From Paraspadella gotoi (lineage: Eukaryota > Animalia > Chaetognatha): a stretch of DNA of 64,000 bases. The notes below the pieces were generated by a model. That model saw only the letters and a program-made list of their open reading frames with translations. It was not told the DNA's origin and made no database searches. The stretch is taken from positions 3,522,690-3,586,689 of the forward strand of contig CM119269.1 of assembly GCA_051294375.1 (NCBI GenBank), written 5' to 3'. Position numbers and translations under genes: made by a program. How positions within the stretch are numbered: position 1 is the first letter of the stretch; the number at the start of each line of letters is the position of its first letter. Positions 40,914 to 54,068 of the stretch are shown in pieces.

Positions 40914-43900
40914 CCATCTATATTAATTCTTAACAAAACCTTTCTTCATAAAACGACTTTTTTTTGTGTTGACCTTTTCGTTTTTTTTCTCAACAAACAG
41001 TCAACAATAAAGGTCGACTTTTTCTTTTCTTTTTTCTTTTTTTAAAATATTTTTTCGACGTACTCCTTCTCCCTTACTCCGTCTCATATAGAGGCGGCTT
41101 CGCGCCAAAAAAACAAAAAAAATTCTCGCTCCTTATCTTTATTATTTGGCATCAGCGTTTGTTTTGATCTCAACTTTTCCCTGTTCGAACTCAGATTCAA
41201 CAGCAAACGACCAAAATTCTTTGTTTTACTGCAATCAAGTTTTCATAGCTCAGTTTTCGCGACGGGTATTTTTATCCTAACATTCGTTCTTTAGCTTTCC
41301 TCTGTCGGCATCGTTGTCGTCCCAACGTCTTCGTTGGTCATCATCATCATCGTAATCATCATCATCATCATCGTCATCGTCATCATCGTCTTCACGCCCT
41401 AAAAGGCGCCGACTCTTCAATTTTATCTCTCTGGCCTCACCTTCGGAAATTCGTGAGACGAGGTCAGCAAAATCGAGGGAAAACGCGAAAGGAATCTCGA
41501 CTATTCAGTCTTTGTGACAGACAGGAATTGTCTTCGCGCCGCCTTCCAGACATCTTTGTGATATGCGTGAGTGATAGTAAAGTCGCGAGACGTCTGGAAT
41601 TTATCGTCAGTTTTATTTGTTTCGATTCAAAAGTTTTTATTGGACAATAGTAACGAGTTTAGAGTTTGCGTACATCGAAAAATGTCTTGATATCCGGTAC
41701 CAAAAAAAATTCCCCCAAAAAATCTTTTTTTTACTTTCTTATCTTTTACGATGTCTATTTTTTTCTTTCTTATACTCACTCTCCTTTTATTTCTCAATCT
41801 TTTTTTATCTCTCCTTATATTTCTCCTTCTCTTTCTTTTGCTCATTCTCCTTCTCTTCATTCTTTTCTTCTTCTTTCCTCTCTCACCTACTTTCACCTTT
41901 TAATAATTTTCCTCGTAAAATGGGAAATCATTTCGATTTGGTTCACTTCGACGATCGAACATCGGTTTAAGCTCTCGATCGCTCCCTCCCAACATTCCGG
42001 AGCAAGGTCTCGCCTCTCCATCTCTATCTCCCTCTCTCTCCCTCACCCTACCCAGTTACCGACTTACCCATCGAAGCGTTGACTTCGGCGGCGAATCGGT
42101 TTTCGGCGAAAATCAAAAAGGAAAATCGCGTGGAAATTGAGGAAGGGTGAAATTGCGGCGCTGAAGTCGCGAATCGGCTCGTTGGAGAATATTCCCGGAA
42201 TTTTGATATCACGAGTCGTTACAAAAATGTTAAAAATGTTTGCTATAGGTTAGGGGAAAGGTATATGAAAAAATAAATAAGTTTGCGAAAAAACAATGTA
42301 TAATTAAGGTCTTTTTTATTTTTTAATGAGCGGAATGTTTACTTTTTTACCAAAGTGGAGATAAGATGGAAGTGTTTCAAAGCAAAACATCCTTAATCCT
42401 GATGTTAAGTCAAGTTCTGTGTCGACGTCTCAAACTATTATGACGAAAGACTATATTTCTGATGATTAGCTCGTCCAGTTAAAAAATCATAATTTTACTT
42501 TTGTCCTTTTGAATTTCTTCCATTAACAACCGTTCATTTACTCAAGCGCCATCTGTCAATTATCGACGAATCATCTCTAATCATCGGTTGTCAATAATTG
42601 CCTCGCGCCGCTTCGGGACGAAGCTCTCTCCCTTTCATCGCCAAACATTTGGTGAAAAGTATTGATTCTTTCTTTCGCCGAAAGTCTTTCCTTCATCGGC
42701 TGTCTCCCAACTTCTTTCTTCCTCCATCTTCTGTCACCAATCTTCTCTCTCCATCTTCCGTCCCCCCAAAAACCTCTTCTTATAATTTTTCGATTTTCGA
42801 CCAAATCCTTGGCGAGATCCTATGGTCACGTTCCTCGCTGCTTGAGGTCAAACATCAGTCGTCTTCTACAATTTGTAATCCCTTCCTCTTTTTTTTTCCT
42901 TCGTCTTTCGCTTCCTCCGCTTCCTCCATTTTTTATCGCGTTAGTTCGATAACTGGAATTAACTGAGACGGGATTTGCAAACAAATTCTTTTTTCTGTTT
43001 TTAATTAGTTCGATGTTCTTTTGTTAATTTGGGGATTAGGTGATCCCAGACTCGTTTCGTGGCTCCCTATTTTATGATCTGATATTTTTTTTTTAAAAAA
43101 GGCTGAAACACTCTTATCTAGCGAGTATTGTTAACACTCTGAATAACTAAAACGGTCCGCATATTACATTAAACATAGAACATTGGGTTCCTATTCATAT
43201 TCCGTATTTGTACTCTTTTCCTTTCTCTGCCTTCGGTCCCCTGATCCCTCCCCGAATTCCATCGGAAACCGTTTACGCTTATTTCGCCGTTCAGATTAGT
43301 TATAGGGAGACAGAGTTGATAGGGTTGGAATGGAGAGTGGGAGCAGAGAGGAATGAAAATGAAGGGCAAAGTGAAAAAGAAAGGACCATGAAATAATATT
43401 ATAAGAACGAAATAGAGAAGTTAACGTGAGGAATGACTAAATCAGTCGAATGAAAAAGGGATAGAAATTACCGAGTGTCATTGGAAAGGAAACAGAAGTG
43501 GGGGATATAGTGTGAGTAACAGATGATTGAAAAAATCATGATACGCAATCTACGTTAAGTAACGTTAAAATTGAAGCTTTTTTTTTTTCGATTGTTCTTA
43601 CGCTAATTCCTGCTACACTTACTAATCGTGAAGCGAGTGAAAGCACGAGTGGCAATCGTAACCCAAAATAGTAAGACTCTCGCTCGCGCAAAATCATCAT
43701 CATCATCGTCGTCGTCGTCGTCCTCTCTCGCCCGAAGGATGAAAAAAGGATGAAGTCCGGATGAAATAGGATTTGTGACGTCGAAGGAAAACGCAAAATC
43801 GAAACCATATCCCTTCCGGGATCCTATTATTGCAAGGAATTATGTTTCTCTCTTGTTTTTCTTCTTTTTTTTTGCCTGAACGTTGGCTAAGTCACAAACG

Positions 43901-43964
43901 TCGTTTTCGTCGTCGTCGTCGTCGTCGTAGTTTGATACAAATGTAATTATGAGGTCTGGCGGAA

Positions 43965-44020
43965 GACGGCGGCGTCTGCGGCGGCGTCTGCGGCGGCGGC
44001 GTCTGCGGCGGCGGTGTCTG
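43965..44020 (+). repeat. GGCGGCGTCTGC minisatellite
   Basis: About 4 copies of ggcggcgtctgc. Confidence 0.85.
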
Positions 44021-44152
44021 GAACGCCGATAAAAACAACGACGGTGAACCATAAATTGGAAAGAGAAATATTTCCGGAGCGCAACTTCGGTTCTAATGGA
44101 ATAATTGCATCCGAATGCGACATCCGAGACGGCGATTATCATTTACTCTCTC

Positions 44153-44188
<36 letters not shown>

Positions 44189-47100
44189 TCTCTCTCTACT
44201 GCTCTCTCATCTCATCTCTCTCTCATCTCTCTGCTCTGCCTTAGGTTAATTCGCTCCGCGAAAAGACGTCCTTTCCCTTACACACATTCTCCTAAACTCA
44301 CCTCCTTCTTAAGGTCACATTAATACTACGCGGTTAACGCGACCGTCACTTTCGCAAGTGCCTCTTCCGCTTTACCCCCCCTTCCCCCCGCCTTCCGACG
44401 CCTTCGATGGCGCTTCCCTTCCCTTCCGCCATCTTGCCAAGACGGCGCCCGCGCCATTCACCTTCGCCTAAAGGTCGACGCCGTTGCCAAGGCGACGCGA
44501 CCGGTTGCCAAGGTTGCGGCGACGTCAGAACCGGTTGCCAGGACGACGGTAACAGACGCGGGCCTCTTTTTAAATGCCATCTACGGTGCCGGCGCCAGCG
44601 GCGTTGGCTCGGAAGACGGCGCCGACGAAATGTCACGGTTGTAATCAGAATACGCGGCGCCGCTTCCGTACCGCAGCAGCCGGCGCTGCAGCTGCATTAA
44701 ATGTTTATCTGTCGCTTGTGGATAAAATTATGACGACAATCTTTTTTTTTTATTTAAGAAATTTTAAAATAAGGCCTTCTTTTTTTAGCTATACGAGTTT
44801 GAAAAGTTTTTGGTTTTTTCTTGATATCAGTTTTTTACGGTCTGCTCTCTCTCTCTTCGTCTCTCTCTCTCTCATCTCGTTCGTCCTCTCTCTCTCCTCT
44901 CTTCTCTCCTGAATCTCTTCTCTCTCTCTCCTCTCTTTCTCTCTCTCGCTTCTAGTTCCATTGCTTCTTGGTCCTATATGTTTTTCGTGGTTGTCGTCGT
45001 CGTGATCGTCGTCGTCGTTCGGGGCGGAAGTGGCTCCGTCTCGATCTCACGTCGAAGCGCGTGAAGATTCTTCCTTCCCTTTCACGTCGCACGATTTTTC
45101 TCGAAGCTGAAATCACGAAAAATTCTTTCGCAATTTTTTTTCAGTTGGATGCATCAAAGATAAAGAATAATATAAATTAGAAATAAAAAAAAATTACTCG
45201 GTTGTTTTTAAAAAGAATTAAAATATCTACTGAATGAAAATTTTTTTTCTAAATTATATTTTCACATGAATCACATCTTCCGCGAGACGAAGAATCTTTC
45301 CATCCATCGACATCGATTCATCATTTTGTCGCCCGGAAGGCGAAGACGACGACGACGACGACGACGACAACCAATTTTCGCTAATGTTCCCCCTTTTTAA
45401 AAGCCAAAGCTTTTTTTCCTTCGCCCCCTAATAACGTCATTTGTCCAAAAGCTCTCGAGGTGAAACGATCACGTGACCCGATGACAAGGGTGACGTCGAC
45501 CGTAGCGACGAGGGTGATGAAAATGGAATCGAATTTATCTCCTTCGGTTCCGAGTCGAAGACGACGACGACGACGACGACGACGACGAAATCCATTAATA
45601 TTGAAGACGATTTGACTGGACACTTTTCATTTGTTATCAGCGCCGCTCAATCGTCGATAGGCCTCATCGATTCCGACACCATAGTCTCGACACCATCCCT
45701 AATTAAATCCCCCCCCTTCGTAGTCTTCTCTCTCTCTCTCTCTCGAGATTCGACGGAGATTTTCTTTTGGTCCAAGAATCTCTGGCAGAAGACAAAAGTT
45801 GTTATTGTTGTCGGAATCGATCGATGCTGTTGTTTCGTCGTCGTCGTCGTCGACGTCTTTTTGTCCATTACCATCTGCTCGATTGCCAAAATTTTGAAAT
45901 CGTGTTATCGCTGATTTTTAACACGAAAAATAATATAAATTTAAAAGAACAAGAAGACTAAAACGAGAACGAAAAAGACGAAAGCTTCCAAGACGAAACG
46001 GCAAAGACGTTTCGATCTTGTCTTTGATCTCTTTTCAATCTCCAGCTGCGTCTCCTCGGTCCTCGGCGATTGTCATCGTCGGCTTCTTCGTCTCTGTCAT
46101 CGTCGTCGTCATTGTCGTCGTCTCCTAGGCGGTCGTTCGTTGTCAGCATCGTTAGTTTTTGTTCAGAGATGCATTATAGTTATAATTTCAAATTACGCAT
46201 CTTAGTCATCCAATTCTTTTCGATATTTTTAATCGCGTGCAACCAATTTTTCCTTTCTTAGTCATTCTTTTCTTTTACTGCGTCTTAACAACAACAATCC
46301 TAATTGTCAGCCTCCTAGTCATCGTTGATTAGATTCTAGTCGTCTCCATAGACAACACACGTCGTCGTCGTTTTCCGGTCGTCGTTCGTCGTCTTTCTTC
46401 CAATTTTCGGCAGCGTGCGAGATTTTCGCTGGAAGTGAAACCTTTTTTGTGGCTGAAAGTCAAGGTGTCTTATGGATTTCGTCGCCGCGGAGAAATAAAA
46501 ATCGGTAGGAATATATGCGAAAATTCCGCCCCAGAGGTGTCGTCTCTCTCTCTCCTCTCTCTCTCTCTTCTCTCTCTTCTCTCCTCCCCTGCTCTCATGG
46601 AGGGTTGGATGCCCCTATCTTCGCTACGCAAGGGTGCCACGGTCTCTCGCTGCTCATCTCTCTCTCATCTCTCATCTCTCTCTCTCTCCTCTGTCAGACT
46701 CGTTAGCTTCATTTCGGTCTATGCGACGTTGAAATTTGTGGTTCCGAAATCCGATTACGAATCGTTTTTACGGTTCGTCTTCCGACTTTGATCTGTCGGC
46801 GTCTATGGAAAGCGGACCTTGGCGTGATATCGGTGTGGAATAAAATTGTTTAATCAAGAATGGAATTAAAGAAAAAAATTCATAATTCATTTTAAAATTG
46901 ATTTCAACATTCAGACTTTATTTTTGTTATGACACGTTTACAATCATTACATTAAAAAATGAAGGACCTTTATCAAAAACCAACTTTTTCATTATTGGTT
47001 TCGGTTTATTCTTTTATTAAGAGAAGCAGGTTATTCTTTGAAACAAAAAGATCTTGTAGTGAATGACCTCCACAATCCAACCCCGGCTTGACTCCAGTCG

Positions 47101-47408
47101 AGACTATTGTCAAACTACCCCCAACCCTTTTTTGGCTCGTAATCCAATCATTTCTCTCCAATCATCGAATAATCTATTCTCGTGTTCTCATTGGCTATCT
47201 TTCCCACCCCAGGGGCTTCTCACTCCCTCGGGTGCGGCCTCCTTTTTTCTTTGTCCAGCTCCACTGGTCATTTTCTTCCTCCTCCTCTTCCTCCTTCCTC
47301 GTCCATCGGCGGGTCACGTCTTTTGTTTTTACCGGTTATTATCTTATTACTTTTACGGCCACCTTTTCCCGTTGCCAGACTATCCTTATACCTTTACCCG
47401 TAAAAAAA

Positions 47409-47519
<111 letters not shown>

Positions 47520-47824
47520 TTTCTTTATTTCTTTTTACGATTAGGTCAACAGGTGTCGGGACAAGGAACGACCCTCGTTAACCCCGAAACCCGATCGATT
47601 TCTTTGATATTTTTTTTTCTACTTTCCACGTTTTCATAATCTGTGTTAGCTTTTTTTTTCTATTATAATTATTATATAATTAGTTCTTGTCTTTTGTTCT
47701 TCACCTCCTGTAAACAAGTGAAAACGTGAAAAGATTCCGGAGATGAGATGTTGAGAGTCTTGAGACGAATAAACAATAAACTGACGTCTCATCTTCTCTC
47801 CGGTCGGCGCCTTTTTTCCGTTAG

Positions 47825-48723
47825 ATTCTCATCGTTCTCATCTTTCTTTAGTCGTCTTCGACGTCGTCGTAGTCATCGTCGTCGTCGTCGTCGTCGACAC
47901 TCATTGTCATCGTCTTCAATATCGTCGCGAGCGACGCCGTCGTTCTCTTCTTTTCCTTCGCCTCTCCCCTCGGCGTCATGGTCGTCATTATGATCCGAAT
48001 TCCAGAACTCGAACTCCATAAATATTCTCTCCTCTCTATCTGTCTCTCTCTCTCTGCGTCTCCCTCTCTCTCTCTCTCTCTCATCTCTCTGCTCATCTCT
48101 CTCTCTCTCTCCATCTTCTGACCTCCGGTAAAAGGGGAACGATGATGATTGTCATGATTTTTTTCCTGAAAAAAATCATCAATCAAACTGACTTATTGAT
48201 TTTGGCACCTTGCTCCTTTTTTTTCCGACGATGTTTGTACTTACCCATCCTTTCCTTGCCTCAATTTTTGGCACCTTCGTCGCTTTTGTCAACGAAACTT
48301 ACTTTTCCCTGCCTCGTCTCGTCGCCTCCAACGCAATTACTTACCCAGAAAACATTTGGGCGTCATTCGGAAATTTAATATAAAAAAATCAAGGTTTTGA
48401 ATCAAAACGAACTGGGTGGCTGAAAAAGAAAACATGGCATGATTGCGACGCAGCCATTTTTTTTTCCGACAAGTTGTAACTTCGGCGAATTTTCTCCCCA
48501 TTTTCCATCCAAATTTTCCCAACCTAGTTATTTGTTTTGACTATAATTTAACCAATAAAAGGATTTGTTTATTCTTGTCTTTCCCTGTTAACGTTGTCTA
48601 AATTTAATTCTAAACCTACATCACGTTTAGACTAATTTCGAACAATAACTGGATTCGACGACGCTGCCGCCGCTGCTGCCTCTGTCGCTGCGGCCGAATT
48701 GCTGCTTCCTGCAATCATTGGTG
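47825..48723 (+). repeat. Segment duplicated at about 58380-59295 (direct) and about 55594-56060 (inverted, partial)
   Basis: Shared text, e.g. ccagaaaacatttgggcgtcattcggaaattt at about 48345 and 58937, with its reverse complement at about 55935. Confidence 0.92.
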
Positions 48724-48748
48724 NNNNNNNNNNNNNNNNNNNNNNNNN

Positions 48749-48781
48749 TCGTGGTCTCAGCGCGGAGATCACAATTATCTC
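48749..48781 (-). CDS. Possible start of the next NAV exon, truncated by an N-gap
   Basis: ttttcctcag acceptor followed by 33 nt before the gap; too short to verify. Confidence 0.3.
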
Positions 48782-48999
48782 CTGAGGAAAAACAATGAGA
48801 GACGTTTTTGTGAGGAATGTCCTGGAAGGAGGGACATGCTTAAAACGATTTCATGATTAGAAATGGGACAACAAGGCGAAATTATTTAAACAAAATCTAT
48901 CTTACAAGTGAATAACAGAGCAAGTTCCTGCAGGCTTTCCTACAAACTCTCTCACAGTCGTATTATCAAACTGCCAGAAATAATTAGCATCTCACTTAC

Positions 49000-49025
49000 C
49001 TTCGACGTCCCGACTGAACGTAATT
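49000..49025 (-). CDS. NAV: NAV microexon (approx. NYVQSDVE)
   Basis: aaatcag|aattacgttcagtcgggacgtcgaag|gtaagt. SDVE sits where NAV proteins have SDIEE after the WLRSSF motif. Confidence 0.6.
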
Positions 49026-49160
49026 CTGATTTTGGCGCGAGAAGAGAGGCAGAGATGAACGCTGAGATGAAATTAATTAAGAATCGATCTCAACGACAAA
49101 TAGAATATTAAAAACTAATAAAGATATATACAAATAGAATAATATTATTACTATTGAAAC

Positions 49161-49279
49161 CTCGTCCAACCTTGAGATCCTTTGGATTTTCGGCAGTGAA
49201 GCCTTGGTGAAGGAACTTCTCAAACCATCCTTTCTTCTCTGCGGCTTCTCTTCTCTTGCGCGCTGAGTCCTGGTTGGGC
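49161..49279 (-). CDS. NAV: NAV exon carrying the KKGWLRSSFTKAF motif (donor at 49160 or 49170)
   Basis: tttttag acceptor. Reverse complement aagaaaggatgg(t)ttgagaagttccttcaccaaggcttc gives KKGWLRSSFTKAF; the NAV motif is KKKNWLRSSFKQAF. Confidence 0.82.
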
Positions 49280-49989
49280 CTAAAAAATGGAAACAAAAAA
49301 AACATTGGAAAAGTTAAAACTGAAACCGAAATAGAAAATGGAGAAACAAAAAGCTGGAATGGAAACTTTTTAGTGTGTGTGAATGTGGGGGGGGGGGGTG
49401 AGAAAGTAAGGAAAAGAAAACGAAAAACAATTGTTTCTCCTATTTCTAAAACTCATTCTCGGTTTTGTGAATTTTCGTTTTCAACGGAATCGATATTCGA
49501 GTTTTGCAATAACATTTAATAACGAAATTAACCGCCCTGAAAGAAAGGATTATCATATAATAACCGCTGTGACGCATAACAGAAACCGAGTCGTAACTTT
49601 TTTAATTCTTCTTTAAATCCCAAGATGCAATCTCGGCGTTCAGCGGAGCGACGCGGAGCGGTCGAGACGCAAGAAAAAAACTAGTTTAGTTGAAAATAAA
49701 ATAGAATAAAATTTTAATGAATTAAACTCGGGTTTCGACTTATTATGCGAAAAAATTCCATCGGACTTCGTTTCGAGGAATAAAATTCCCAGAGAGAGAA
49801 AAAGTCGCCAAGACGGTTTTTCCGAGCGAAAGCTCTTTCCTTCGCAAATAAGTTCAAACGGCTCTCTCTTCTTTATTGCCTTCACTTTGTAATTTCACTG
49901 TTATTAGTAACTACAAAGCAGGAAAGCGAATGGTAAAATAAATCGCGAAAACCTTTCAAATAGAAAATTAAAAACGGAATATCAAAGTC

Positions 49990-50122
49990 TGCCTATGCCA
50001 TTTCCTTTATATGCCTATTGCCGGTTTCCTTTCATGCCTATGCCATTTCCTTTCATTGCCTATGCCATTTCCTATTCAATGCTATGCCATTTCCTCTCAT
50101 GCCCTATGCCCATTTCCTTCAT
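49990..50122 (+). repeat. ~21-bp minisatellite (tgcctatgccatttcctttca)
   Basis: About 6 degenerate copies. Confidence 0.88.
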
Positions 50123-50747
50123 CACAGACGTTTTTTCTAATGTCGTTGTCGATGAAAATGTTTGCGTCGATGATATTTTTTTTCATTCCATTTCGTGTAC
50201 GATGAATAATTAATTTTGAAAAAATATTTTTCTGTTTCCTCGTTCTGAAAAAATGAGGATGAACATTTTATTGTGACGCACTCGTCGAACTGGTGATGTT
50301 TGAGGAATTCATAAACATTTTTTGAGGCAATAGTATTTTAATGTTGCCAATGGGGAGCTGTTTTTTTTTGGGGGGGGGACACGGATACGCAAAACTAAAA
50401 CGAAGAAAACTACAAAAGAGAAAATCGCAAAATAGTCAATTGTGTCCGTCGAATGAAGACGGAAAGAATAATTCTATACATAATTACGAATATAACACCG
50501 AGAAATGGCGATAATCAATATAATGGTATGTACGCATATGAATCATTTTTAAATAAAATACAATTGAAGCTTTAATCAGCCATCGAATAAACGAACAAAA
50601 TAGCAAGCTTACTTAAATGTGGCCAAAACCGAAACCGAACGTTTGATCCTCACAATTGCGACCCCGAAATTAATCTGAACTTCCCTCCGACTTACAACTC
50701 AACTCACATCTCCCGAAACTTTTACAAATAACTTGTATCTGACTTAC

Positions 50748-51045
50748 CCTTCCCGCCCCACACACTAAACGTCGCTGGCTTTTTCCGACGTTGGAGATCC
50801 GTTGTCGGTGGAATGTTGCGAACTGATGACGGAACAAGCAGACGAACACGAGTTGAGCGACGACATGGAATTCCGTCGACATCTTGCCCTCGAGAGACCT
50901 CTGGCGTGGCCACGGCCATGCGGTGGTTGGGTGGAGGCCAGAGGGCCATGAGACGGGGTTTCCGTGAGTAGAAGTGACTAAGCGTGGGGGTGGCCAGAGT
51001 TGTGCATGGTGGTTTTGGTGGTCGCCGCCGAGAAGGGCTGATGCG
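50748..51045 (-). CDS. NAV: Probable NAV exon (...RRNSMSSLNSCSSACSVISSQHSTDNGSPTSEKASD...), error-rich
   Basis: ttcttag acceptor and gtaagt donor. RRNSMSSLNS resembles NAV RRQHSSDSVSSINS at the expected position. Confidence 0.65.
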
Positions 51046-51198
51046 CTAAGAAGAGAGCAATTTTTGAAAAAAATATTTTTAGGTAATTAAATAATAACAT
51101 ATTATACTATGTGCTCCTATTCAAATACAACTCACGAGAGGTAGGCTGACTGACGGAGAATCGCTCCCGTAGTCACGTAACCCTGCCCTATTTTTTAC

Positions 51199-51264
51199 CC
51201 GACGAATGGGTCTGATGACTGGAGGCGGCGCTACCGTCGGAAAGTCTCCACTCGCGAAAGAATC
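51199..51264 (-). CDS. NAV: Probable NAV exon (...RLSDGSAASSHQTHSS)
   Basis: gttcag acceptor and gtaaaa donor. GC-rich island lying between recognised NAV exons. Confidence 0.55.
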
Positions 51265-51622
51265 CTGAACAAAACAGCAACGATAGTTTTTCATAAGAAA
51301 GAATTTTTTTGTAGAAATCTGGGCGAACAGTTGTCGAAATATTCCATTATGTCATTAAATGTAATGGACAAGGATTAAGTGTTTAGGGGCGGACCCTGAA
51401 GTTTCTTTGGTTCCAAACCGAATTCTTAATTAAATCTCATATGTATATGTTTTATGTACTATAATGCCCTATATCCCTTTACTAATCCTTAATTAATGCA
51501 CGTAAATGCACAATCGAAAACTTCAGTCAATCGAATTAATCTATCCAACTAATTTTTTTGAATATCGCAAATCCCAAATGACCAAATATGATTCGTCATT
51601 ATCGATTCCACATTGCTCTCAC

Positions 51623-51723
51623 CGGCTGAATGCTCGTGGCTATGGCGTTGGCCTTGATGGCGGATGAGTGACTTTCGCAACGGCCCTCGATGCGTTGAGT
51701 GGAGCCGCCGTCAATTCAGAATC
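51623..51723 (-). CDS. NAV: NAV exon (approx. DSELTRLHSTIEALR...AIKANAIATSIQ), error-rich
   Basis: ctttcag|gattctgaattg acceptor and gtgaga donor. Resembles NAV DSELNELRKTIELLKKQN. Confidence 0.75.
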
Positions 51724-51816
51724 CTGAAAGTCGAATAAAGAAATCGGTTCAGATTTTATGATCGACGTTTCGTGTTAACAATTCAAAGTCTTTTAAAAGT
51801 TAAACGATGAACTCAC

Positions 51817-51906
51817 TTTCTGTTCCCGTGGAGTGCAGTCAACGCTTGCAGCCTTAGTGGGTCATGCTGGAGAGGGATTGTTTCGAACGCCGCGACTCAC
51901 GTGAGC
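51817..51906 (-). CDS. NAV: NAV exon following the coiled-coil exon (approx. AHVVAAFEQSLSSMTTRLQALTHSTEQK after removing about 6 single-base insertions)
   Basis: Reverse complement reads gacag|gctcacgtg(a)gtcgcggcgttcgaa(a)caatccctctccagcatg...cagaaa|gtgagt. It matches NAV AHLVAAFEQSLGNMTIRLQSL. The frameshifts look like long-read insertion errors. Confidence 0.85.
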
Positions 51907-52422
51907 CTGTCGAAATTGTGGGGAGGAGATGAAAAAAAAATGGAAATTCTGGATAAGAAAATTACGTAAGAAAAGCTAATTAATTTTTTAGCCTAAAAAA
52001 AAACGAGGCTAATTTAAAACAAGAAATTCATGCGAAATATTTTAATATTTTATTTTTTTTTTAACTTTAAAAAAATCAATTTTTTCCGTGGAAGCTGAAT
52101 CGAATAAAAAAGAAAAATAATATATAAATAATAAAAAAGAAGAAAAATAAAATTACAAAGTATAAAATAAAGAAAGAAACAGATAAAGAATCTATTCGGT
52201 TCCGGTGTTGCCGAATGCCGGTGCAGACCTGTGCCGCGCTCAGCCGAGTGCCGGCCGCAGCCCGATGCCAAAGAAGATCGGAAATAAGAAAATGAAAAAT
52301 GAAAATGCGAACAGAAATTATGACGTGGCGCCGCCCATCCGTAAATTAAGGGGAGCACATCATAAGATGGAAACAAAGGTTAGAAAGAAAACTTCCTCTC
52401 TTCTCTCTCTCTCTGACTCCTT

Positions 52423-52462
<40 letters not shown>

Positions 52463-52859
52463 CTGTCTCTGTACCCTTTTCTTCTCCATTAAAAATGAAG
52501 CCGCCCGGGTATTAGCCTAAATGACGCTCTTCTTAAGCGAGAAATTCCCCTTCTGTGTATTTGTCGAGATTAACAAAAAAAAAAAATCTTGGAATTTACT
52601 CAAAAGATAGTGAGAATTTCGACGAAAAGGGTGATAAAAAAAATATGAATTGCTCAGAAAAATATTAAGTCCATGAGAAATAATATCGATATGTAACATT
52701 AACAAGATTCCTGAGCAAGATTCACAATAAACCAACGAGGGTTCGACTTTTTAAATCTGACATTTTAAAAATAAACGTCGTTTAACCTATAAAGTTCGTC
52801 CGTGATCCATTCGCCTTCTCTAGTTCCTCCTTCCTCCTTCTTCTCTCTCTTTCTTCTCT

Positions 52860-52894
<35 letters not shown>

Positions 52895-53069
52895 TCTCCT
52901 CTCTCTCTCTCTCTCTCTCTCTGACGCACACTAACCGACGAACTCAATGTAAAACCTCCGCCTCCTCGTCCCCTCTCCTTCGTCTCTCTTCTCTCTCTCT
53001 CTCTCTCTCTCTTCCGTCTCTCTCTCTCTCTCTCTCTCTCTCTGACGCACAACGACGAACCATGTAAAC

Positions 53070-53490
53070 CTCCGGCCTTCCTCGTCTCTATACAGCTTCA
53101 AACTTCGATTGTCTCGACGATTGCTGCACGGCTGCTGCCTGCTGAGTGCTGCGTTTGCGACGTCGCCGACGTGAATTCTCTTGCGGCAGCGTCGACGGCG
53201 TCAGACTCTGTACGCTTCCCGACCGCCGTCATTCGTGCGTCGACGGGGACGCACGGTCAGTGATGACGACGACAAACTGCCGTCGTCGACGGTTTCGGCA
53301 GAGACCGGAAGTGGGCGCGTCGTATCCGCGTCGAGACGGATTGGCGCTGAGAGCTTCCGAGGGTGGGCTGCGGCAGAGAGTGGCGGTGGGTTATTAGAGT
53401 GGTAATGCGTGGATTGTAGGTGAGCGTTAGAGAGCGGTGCTGGTAAGAAATGGCGCCGTTCGCGCGGGGGGTGACGAATTGACCATTCAT
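53070..53490 (-). CDS. Candidate alternative first exon upstream of the AHVVAAFEQ exon (MNGQFVTPRANGAISYQHRS...), error-rich
   Basis: GC-rich island, accATG at 53490 and gag|gtttac donor. A very noisy second copy lies on + at about 61600-62380. Confidence 0.35.
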
Positions 53491-53559
53491 GGTCGCGGCC
53501 TCTGGCGGCAAGTTGTTGGGAGTTGGCGGAGTATGCGATATGGCGTAGTGATCAGAGTT

Positions 53560-54022
53560 GGCGGAGTCAGCGATTGGCGTAGTGATCAGAGTTGGCGCCG
53601 AACAGGTTGAGCGATATAGTTTTCTTGAATTGTTATACAACATTTTTTTTTTTTTAGTTTTTATTTGTTTTACAAGTTTTTGTACGATTAATATGCCACT
53701 GTGCGTTTAAATATTTCAATGTTTTTTTCTCTATTGAAGATTTTGCTTTGAATATACGTAGGCGTAGTGGTTGAACGCGCTGCGAGCGAAAGCCGATGTT
53801 CAGTCACAAGATGATAGAGAGAGCCAAAACGGGATAGAATATCGAAAAAAGTCAAGAAGAATTAATAATGTTGGCGATGGCAATATTTGAGAATGGAGCG
53901 AAACATAATTATGAATAACATAATTTAAAATGACAGAAAAAGGGGGGTAAAGTGAGAGAAAGAGGACACAAAAGAGAAAGAGAGATCAGAAGAGAGAAGA
54001 GAGAGGAGATGAGAGAAGAGAG

Positions 54023-54068
<46 letters not shown>

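Noticed and set aside
48749-51906. Second NAV paralogue or pseudogene on the minus strand
   Set aside because: Its exons do not overlap the + strand exons; they begin exactly where those stop. The frameshifts are single-base insertions of read-error type.
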